The notes beneath the pieces were generated by a model. It was not told the origin of the DNA. It worked only from the letters and a program-made list of their open reading frames with translations, and did not search any database. The position numbers and the translations under genes are program-made. DNA of 64,000 nucleotides from Octopus vulgaris (Eukaryota), in assembly GCA_951406725.2 (NCBI GenBank), contig OX597819.1:111228001-111292000 (forward strand), in the 5' to 3' direction. Positions 55,093 through 64,000 of this stretch are shown in pieces; the first letter of the stretch is position 1, and the number at the start of each line of letters is the position of its first letter.

Positions 55093-55648
55093 TTGTGAAT
55101 TGAAGTGACAAAAGCCTCCTGAAAAGCATTTCAACTGGATTAGTTAGCTTCCCTCAGTAACATGTCAAGGGTCAGCCTAGGACTTAGAAAAATACTCCTT
55201 TAATATTCACCTGTACTAGAGCATTACGTTTTTGCGACTTGGAAAACACAACAAAGCTATCGAAGCATAAGTGATGATCAAAAGACGAAAAGAAAACACG
55301 AATATGACATGGGTAATGATAGACTGACTTCTGTCTCATAGAGGATTTCCACATTGCCCGAATTTAAATATTAAGCTATAAAAATAGTAATTTCAATTCG
55401 CCGACACATATCAAAATTTTTCTTCCTAAATTTCAAGGTTAACAGACTCCAACGGTTTTTATCGCTTCACTGGTTGCAAAGTTTACATCGCTTGCAGTGC
55501 ATCCATTCCGTTACCGTTCAACTCAGTTATGCACGCAGTCTACTAATGGCCCGACTGAAAGAAACCCTGCCAGGAATATAAACCCAGCTTATCTCATGCA
55601 TAAAAATAAATATATATTCTTTATTTTTTCCTGCTTTTCAGTCTATCC

Positions 55649-55711
<63 letters not shown>

Positions 55712-55719
55712 CCCCCTTT

Positions 55720-55798
<79 letters not shown>

Positions 55799-55878
55799 TA
55801 CTGTCTCGGTCCCTCGGTCTCTCAGTGTATAACGCACAAGCGCAAGCACATATTCCTCTTTCCCTTTCCTCATTCCTC

Positions 55879-56006
<128 letters not shown>

Positions 56007-57225
56007 AGATAGATAGACAGATAGTTTATGTATATATATATGTGTGTATATGTGTGTGTATGTGTGCATGCATGTTATGCATGTATGCATGTATGTATAT
56101 ATGTGTGCATATGTGTACATATTATTGTATGTGTGCATCAGTGAGCGTACATTAGTGTTTCTATTTTCTTCCGCTGAATGCGCATGTGTAAAATGACATT
56201 TGCATATCTTCAAGCTAATGGGAAATGTTTTTTGTTAATTCTGTTATCTATGTGGCAGTAGTAGTAGTAGTAGTAGTAGTAGTAGTTAGTAGTAGTAGTA
56301 GTAGTAGTAGCAGCAGCAGCACTAGCAGCGGCAGTAGTAGTTGTTGTTTGCTGTGTTGTTTTTTTTGTTTATTTTTTTTTTACTGTTGTTGTTTACATCA
56401 ACGTTGTCTATGTGGTTGCTATTGACGGTTTTTTGTTGTTGTTTACGAATGTTGTTTGCTGTCGATTATCATTTTTGTTGTTGTTGTTGTTGATGATGTT
56501 GTTTTTCTTCCTCTTCTCCTTCTTCTTCTTCTTCTTCTTCCTCTGTCAGCACTATGCATGCAACAGCAGTGACGATGAAGAATGAGGGTGACAATGGCGA
56601 GTATGGTGGTGGTGGTAGTGGTGGTGGCAAAGTTGATGACGATGACACTGACGATAACGATGAAGATGATGATGATGATGATGATGTTGATGATGCGGAG
56701 GAGGGTGGTGAGGATGATGCTGTTGTTATTGTTGTTGTGAATGTCATCACAGCTGAACGTGCGCAGGAAATTCAAGATGGCGATGCATTTTTAAGAGTAA
56801 TGCAAATCCGTGGCAAAATCAGTAGCTAGTAGCTATGTGTCTCTGCGGTATGTATCTGAAGCACCCGCCATGGGGTACGTACATCATCCCCAGCGCCACT
56901 CCACCAATAATCTAAACATTGCCACCACCACCATCACCACCACCACCACCACCACCACCACCACCACCACCATCACCATCAACAATAACAATGAGCCAAT
57001 GACTGATCGTTTCAAAAGCTTCTCGACCAGCTAGAAATAGCACTCAATCATCGTTTAAAGTACGACATATTGTCATCATGAATGAAGTACTGGAAAATAT
57101 AATTAGCAGTATTACTCTTGACAAACCAGCGTGGTAGTCATGTCGGGAAGGTATCTGGTTAACCAATATATAATCTGCTAAACCAATACCAACAACCCCA
57201 AGAACAACAAAAAAAAACAATACTG

Positions 57226-57595
57226 TAGCTTGCTAACCAACCACATGGTTCCGGGTTCAGTCCCACTGCGTGGCATCTTGGGCAAGTGTCTTCTGCTATA
57301 GCCCCGGGCCGACCAATGCCTTGTGAGTGGATTTGGTAGACGGAAACTGAAAGAAGCCTGTCGTATATATGTATATATATATAAGTGTGTGTGAATATGT
57401 TTGTGTGTCTGTGTTTGTTCCCCTAGCATTGCTTGACAACCGATGCTGGTGTGTTTACGTCCCCGTCACTTAGCGGTTCGGCAAAAGAGACCGATAGAAT
57501 AAGTACTGGGCTTACAAACAATAAGTCCCGGGGTCGATTTGCTCGACTAAAGGCGGTGCTCCAGCATGGCCGCAGTCAAATGACTGAAACAAGAA
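57226..57595 (+). mobile_element. SINE family A, 5'-clipped
   Basis: Close match to the copies at 47411 and 52073. Confidence 0.85.
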
Positions 57596-57696
57596 AAAAG
57601 AGTAAAAAAAAAAAGAGTATAATGACAATATTAAAAACAGCAACATCATTAAAGGCACCGCAAGAATGTAATGCGTAGGAACCTAAGATATACAAA

Positions 57697-57897
57697 GGCA
57701 GCGAGCTGGCAGAAACGAAATGCTTCGCGGTATTTCGTCTGCCGCTACGTTCTGAGTTCAAATTCCACCGAGGTCGACTTTGCCTTTCATCCTTTCGGAG
57801 TCGATTAAATAAGTACCAGTTACGCACTTGGGTCGGTATAATCGACTTAATCTGTTTGTCCTCTCTGTGTTTAGCCCTTGTGGGCAGTAAAGAAATA
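57697..57897 (+). mobile_element. SINE family B
   Basis: ggcagcgagctggcagaaacg...gcccttgtgggcagtaaagaaata; approximate TSD ctaagatata. Confidence 0.85.
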
Positions 57898-58187
57898 AAG
57901 AATCTAAGATATAAAATTTTCGTTTCTTGCTCTGCTTCCTAAGATTCTACAGTTGTTAACCACGTGACTATGTTGCATCATCACATCAACTTAAAGATGA
58001 TACCATGTAGGGATAGAAATGTTAGTGAAAGAATTGTAAATTTTAGAACTTTATTGTTCCCCTAACATCAAAATCTTGTTGCAAAATTTAGTTGGCTAAA
58101 ACGATGAAGATTATTTTCAATACTCGTTTAAAGGAAAAGATGTTCCATGTATAATATACATATATTATACATACATAAATACATACA

Positions 58188-58279
<92 letters not shown>

Positions 58280-58422
58280 GATATGAGGTAATCAGAAGAT
58301 CGGATGGTTCATATTTACAGATATTTATTTATATATTACATTTTTTACATATATATATCATAACATTCATATCATATCATTCAGATCATTAGTGAGGTTT
58401 TCAAATCAATATATATATATAT

Positions 58423-58674
58423 ATTGTGAAATATATTTGTCACTTAAATGTGGCTAACCCTTAAGAGTGGATGCTGCCGTAGCTTGTAGCCCAAGCAAGA
58501 CAACTCCTCCAGCTGGCTATTGACACGCTTTCTGTCCTCTATCAGTATTTGCAAAGGGAAGCCATCCTTCCCATCTCCAACCTGACGTGAAACACACGGA
58601 CTCGAGTTTCTGGGTACTGACTCGTCATCAGCGTGTGACAATCACCGGTTGTCGATATCAAGTGGTTCCCAATG

Positions 58675-58678
<4 letters not shown>
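58423..58678 (-). mobile_element. Retrozyme-like element, diverged homolog of 42061-42320, inserted in (TA)n
   Basis: Collinear motifs tggcta...tagccc...ttgacac...tgtcct...tgcaaaggga...cacacggac; the enclosing long stem is conserved. Confidence 0.75.
58593..58637 (-). ncRNA. Type I hammerhead ribozyme, canonical core
   Basis: CACACG-CUGAUGA-C-GAGU(CAGU)ACCC-A-GAAAC-UCGA-GUC^-CGUGUG; palindromic stem III ACUCGAGU; predicted cut between 58599 and 58598. Confidence 0.85.
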
Positions 58679-58737
<59 letters not shown>

Positions 58738-58738
<1 letters not shown>

Positions 58739-59095
58739 TTTCCCAGTTTTAGTCACTTGACTACAGTCATGCTGGAGCACCGCCTTTTAGTCGAAGAAAT
58801 CGACTCCAGGACTTATTCTTTGTAAACCTAATATTTATTCTATCGGTCACTTAGGTTGAACCGCTTAGTTACGGGGATATAAAAGCACCAGCATCGGTTG
58901 TCAAGCGATGGTGGAGGGACAAACGCAGACACACAAACATATATAAATATACGTCAGGCTTCTGTCAGTTTCCGTCTAACAAATCCACTCACAAAGCTTT
59001 GGTCGGCCCAAGGCTATAGTAGAAAACCCTTGCCTAAGGTGCCACGCAGTGGGACTGAACTCGGAAACATGTGATTGGTATGCAAGCTACTTAAC
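58738..59095 (-). mobile_element. SINE family A
   Basis: Tail to head in reverse. Confidence 0.8.
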
Positions 59096-59279
59096 ACACA
59101 CACACACACACACACATACACACACACACACACATACACGCACACACACATACACACACACAAACACACACACATACATATATATATAATAAGTCTTGAG
59201 GTTGATTTATCCAACCAAAATTTTGTGCTCCAGCATGGTTGCAATCACGTGACTGAAGCAAGCAAAAGCATAAAAGAGT

Positions 59280-59352
<73 letters not shown>

Positions 59353-59494
59353 CATATAGTTAACTCGTTTGTTTGTGCACTTCATGTTGTGTACAGTTGG
59401 TGACGTCCTGTACACATACATGCATATATATATTATTTATATTATCAATTAATTGAACGCCACGCATCCATTTCCAAGTAATATATATATATAA

Positions 59495-59990
59495 TTCTAA
59501 ACGGGACAAGAACGCAAAACATCCGGACAACTTGGTGATACAAAAAGGGACAACAAAACATCCCGATAGATTATACAAAAAAACAAGGATGTATCATTCG
59601 AAGCTTTCTATCGTCAGTCAAGAACTAGATCATACTCGCAATTTCGGCTGATTGATCTTCAGATTGCTCCAATCTGGCCAACCCCAAGTTATATAAAACT
59701 AAGCTAAGAGCATTAGATTCCTTGGAAGGAAGCACCGAATGTATACAAAAATACAAGGACGGAAAAACAGACAATGTTACCCTAATATAAATAAAATAAA
59801 AATACAATAAAAATAATAAGGAAAAATAAAATAAGAGCATTAGATTCCTAGGAAGAAAGCAGTGAATATATACGAAAGCAAGGACAGAAAAAAAAAAAAC
59901 AGAGCAATGTTACACAAATACAAATGCAATTAGCAGGACATCACAACAGGTGTCTTTCGACCAGGAACGAATTGAATTAAGCTGGCGTAT
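59495..59990 (-). mobile_element. pLTR-like non-coding repeat related to 12336-12500, with an internal ~75-bp duplication
   Basis: Shared tcattc.aagc...tcagtca.....gatc...cgca.atttcggctg; aagagcattagattcc... occurs twice. Confidence 0.45.
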
Positions 59991-60114
59991 ATATGTTGTA
60001 TCTTTCAATTTCCGTCACCGAAATTCACTCAGAAGTCTCTGGTCGACCCGAAACTATAGTAGAAGGCACTTCGCCAAAGTCTCACACAAAAGAACTGAAC
60101 TCCGAATCATGTAA

Positions 60115-60510
60115 TCTTTATATATAAAAGAGAAGTTGTGTGTCTCTCTCCTACGATTTAGATTCCTAACTACTCCTACATTTTGCAGTGCAGTTTAACC
60201 AAAATCGGGTATCTTATAGTCGTGATTCATATCGAGCCCTTCTGGGTATTAGCGCGCGTCTACGATGAGTCTACGATTTAAAAAAAAATGTACCATCATT
60301 TTTTTCCATTTTAATGCATTTTTTTCGCTGTTATATAAGGGAAGTAACTCTCTAAAAATGTCTACGATGAGTCAATGATTTAAAAAAAATTTACATAATT
60401 TTTTTCCCATTTTTAATGCATTTTTTGCTATATTTTGGCTATAACTCTCTAAAAATGCTTATATAGTTATTTCCCTTACAAACCCGAGCAACGCCGGGCG
60501 ATACTGCTAG
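60115..60510 (+). mobile_element. Non-autonomous Helitron
   Basis: 5' TC (tctttatatataaaa), 3' hairpin cccgagcaacgccggg plus CTAG, A|T insertion site. Confidence 0.8.
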
Positions 60511-60925
60511 TATTTATATATACTGAAAGATCAGCCTGAAAAAGTACGAAAAAATCTCCTTCTTCATTGAATCAGCTGTTAGATACTAATATTTATTTTC
60601 CCTCATATTGAGGAAAATTGCTGACTAACCTGACTAGTGTATGCATCAGTGTTTGTACGTAGGCGTGTGTGTGTGTATGTATAATAGTATGTGAATATAT
60701 GCCTACGAGAGTGTGCTTGTGTGTGTGTTTGTGTCTATGAGATTTTATGCCTCTGAATATTCGTTTAATTATGTTCATCGTACGTGTTCTTATGTGCGTT
60801 CGTATATTATGTATACGCGCTGACGAGGCAAGAGTCTTCTGTATCAGCCCGGTGTTGTTCAGTACCTAAAAGTAGAATTTGGTTGGCGCAAACTGTGTAG
60901 AAAAAACATCGTATATAATCTATGT

Positions 60926-61250
60926 GGAGGCGCAATGACACAGTGGTTAGGGCAGCAGACTCGCGGTCGTGGGATCGTGGTTTCTATTCCCAGACCGGGC
61001 GTTGTGAGTGTTTATTGAACGAAAACACCTAAAGTTCCACGAGGAATCGACAGGGGGCGGTGGAAAACCTTGCTGTACTCTTTCACCACAACTTTCTCCC
61101 ACTCTTTCTTCCTGTTCCTGTTGTTGTACCTGTATTTCAAAGGGTCAGCCTTGTCACACTCTGTGTCACGCTGAATCGCCTCGAGAACTACGTTAAGGGT
61201 ACACGCATCTGTTGAGTGTTCAGTCACACGTTAATTTCACAAGCAGATTT
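60926..61250 (+). mobile_element. tRNA-derived SINE family C
   Basis: ggaggcgcaatgacacagtggttagggcagcagactcgcggtcg...cccagaccgggcg. Confidence 0.75.
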
Positions 61251-61297
61251 TTTTGATCTACGTCCTAAGACTTTATTGTTAATATCTCACCTATAGA

Positions 61298-61716
61298 GGA
61301 CAACGAGCTGGCAGAATCGTTAAGCACGCCGGGCGAAATGCTTAGCGGTATTTCGTCTGCCGCTACGTTCTGAGTTCAAATTCCGCCGATGTCAACTTTG
61401 CCTTTCATCCTTTCGGAGTCGATAAATTAAGTACCAGTTACGCACTAGGGTCCATATAATCGACTTAATCCGTTTGTCCGTCCTTGTTTGTTCTCTCTGT
61501 GTTTAGCCCCTTGTGGGTAGTAAAGAAATAGGTATTTCGTCTGCCGTTGCGTTCTGAGTTTAAATTCCGCCGAGGTCGACTTTGCCTTTCACCCTTTTGG
61601 GGTCTAAAAATTAAGTACCAGTTACGCACTGGGGTCGATGTAAGTGACTTAATCCGTTTGTCTGTCATTATTTGTCCCGTCTACGTTTAGCCCCTTGTGG
61701 GCAATAAAGAAATAAG
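61298..61716 (+). mobile_element. SINE family B, dimeric form
   Basis: Two tandem bodies, each ending gccccttgtggg..taaagaaata. Confidence 0.85.
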
Positions 61717-61752
61717 AAACTGTTTGGAAACCTGATATATATATATATATAT

Positions 61753-61908
61753 CTTTTGTTTCAGACATTAGACTGCGGCCATGCTGGGGCACCGCCTTGA
61801 AGGGTTTAAGTCGAACAAGTCGACCCAAAGATGTATTCCTTTGAAAGGAACCAACACCGGTTGTCAAGAAGTTGGTGGGGGCACAAACACAAAAACAAAG
61901 ACACACAG

Positions 61909-61976
<68 letters not shown>

Positions 61977-62123
61977 ATCGGGCGTCTTCCAGTCTTCCAG
62001 TTTCCGTCTACCAAATCCACTCACAACAGCCTGAGGCTATAGTAGAAGACATTTGCTCAATGTGCCATGCAGAGGGAGTGAGTCTGGAGCCATGAGGTTG
62101 GGAAACAAGATTCTTACCACACA
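61753..62123 (-). mobile_element. SINE family A (diverged)
   Basis: gactgcggccatgctggggcaccgcc...gtttccgtctaccaaatccactcacaa. Confidence 0.7.
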
Positions 62124-62500
62124 GTGGTTGTATACGTATTTTTTCTGTTTTTCTCGCCACCACTAAACAGTGTCGGTTTGTTTACGTCTCCCGTAACTTA
62201 GTAGACCGTTAAAAAAACAAAACGGGTCAATTCAATGAAATTGTTTAAGAAATGTACCAGAAAAGATTCGACAGGCTAAACCTTTGAAAGCGGTGCACCA
62301 GTATGGTCGCAATCTAATGAGAGACACAAGTAAAAGATAAAAAGGATCTCAAAAATATACCTCTGTGTGCGCATAATATTTTATGTACATAGTCACATGC
62401 ATATACATACAAACATGTACCTAAACACGCATACATGTACACTTGTATGGGTGAGTGTATATTTGTGGATATAGTTTACACACACGCACACACACATTTT

Positions 62501-62531
<31 letters not shown>

Positions 62532-62673
62532 TCCAGTCTATGTGTATATATATATATATTTATTTGTACACACATACATACACACATATTAATATATATA
62601 TATATATATATATGTACGTACATGTGTGTATATATATGTGTGTGTATGTATATATATATATATATATTATATA

Positions 62674-62732
<59 letters not shown>

Positions 62733-63413
62733 GTATATATATGTATATTTGTACACACACACACATATTATATATCTGTGTACGTAGATTGATGTACATA
62801 AGTATGACTTTATTGATTAGCATTTGTCCCGCCCATTTTTCTTTTGCTCTAAAGAAGTAAAACGAAATTTAAATTACATGGAACTTAATTTCAATAAACT
62901 TTCACCAAAGAACAATGCACCCAAAAACCATATATTTAAATATAGAGACCTGACCATGCATGAACTGCAAACTAACTATCATGAAATGTGAAGGTTAAAC
63001 GAGAAGGACTTTGACACGGAGGCGAATAGTGTGAGAGGGGTATTTGAGAACAATTATCAGTATATAGTTTTTTTTAAAAAAGTAACTGGAAGTATTTTTC
63101 TATTATTTTCCTATCCCCAATGGCAAATAAAACGCTAATACAAAAGACTAAAAGAAATGCAGTCATGTAGCCACATGTGCAGGGCATAGCGGCTTGGAAT
63201 TTTCCAGCTTTCTAAATATTTCCAGATCTTTTGTATACAATGTTTGGATGGAATTGTCTGAAATGAATAAGGATCATTTAGAACAGGTATGTTAAACATT
63301 CCGGCCCCGCATTGAAGTCCTCGAAGGTGAAGGTCGATTCAGAGAATAATATTATCAGAAAGCTTATGGAGAATATGTGCAAACATTTTTAATAAATTAC
63401 ATTCGGTTCTCAA

Positions 63414-63802
63414 GGCGGCGAGCTGCCAGAATCGTTAGCACGCCGGGCGAAATGCTTAGCGGTATTTCGTCAGCTGCTACGCTCTGAGTTCGAATTCCGC
63501 CGACGTCGACTTTGCCTTTCATCCTTTCGGGGTCGATTAAATAAGTACCAGTTACGCACTGGGGTCGATATAATCGACTTAATCCGTTTATCTGTCCTTG
63601 TTTGTCTTCTCTGTGTTTAGCCCCTTGTGGGTAGTAAAGAAATAGGTATTTTGTCTGTCTTTATGTTCTGAGTTCAAATTCCGCCGAGATCGACTTGGCC
63701 TTTCGGGATCGATAAATTAAGTACCAGTCACGTATCAGAGTCGATCTAATCGACTGGGTCCCTCCCCCAAAATTTCGGGCCTTTTGCCTGGAGGAGATAA
63801 GA
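63414..63802 (+). mobile_element. SINE family B, dimeric form
   Basis: Head plus two bodies; flanking repeat tacattcggt. Confidence 0.85.
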
Positions 63803-63941
63803 ATACATTCGGTATTTGCAAGTTTAAAGATTTTTAATTAAATTACCAAGATATGCTCTTAGATACTCTCACCCATTGTATAAGAGACAAAATAAGGATT
63901 AAAAACGGAAAAAGATTTAAAAGAAAATATAAACTAAATAG

Positions 63942-64000
63942 ACGTAGGCGTGGCTGTAGTAAGGGGCATACTTCCAAATCACATGGTTCCGGGCTCAGTT
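63942..64000 (+). mobile_element. SINE family A head (runs off the window)
   Basis: gacgtaggcgtggctgtag...cacatggttccgggctcagtt. Confidence 0.6.

Overview
AT-rich, microsatellite-saturated eukaryotic non-coding DNA. The SINE complement and repeat landscape suggest a cephalopod (Octopus-like) intergenic or intronic region; this is an inference. No host protein-coding gene can be supported, and almost all listed ORFs are translations of (TA)n, (CA)n, (TACA)n or (GGT)n repeats. Supported content: about 35 copies of three tRNA-derived SINE families, a full-length decayed mariner (3724-5156), two more mariner left ends, a deleted Tx1/L1-type LINE (30518-32562), CR1-type and RTE-type LINE fragments, two non-autonomous Helitrons, MITEs and local duplications. 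The main discovery is a family of short, ORF-less, highly structured elements inserted in (TA)n tracts (39345-39868, 42061-42695, 58423-58678). Each carries a recognisable minimal type I hammerhead ribozyme with a palindromic stem III. One copy is a 361-bp partial tandem, and two copies carry near-perfect 5' fold-back inversions, giving a retrozyme-like or Penelope-mobilised architecture. About ten further degenerate hammerhead-like motifs sit in other Penelope pLTR-like fragments. All alignments and folds were read by eye and need computational confirmation.
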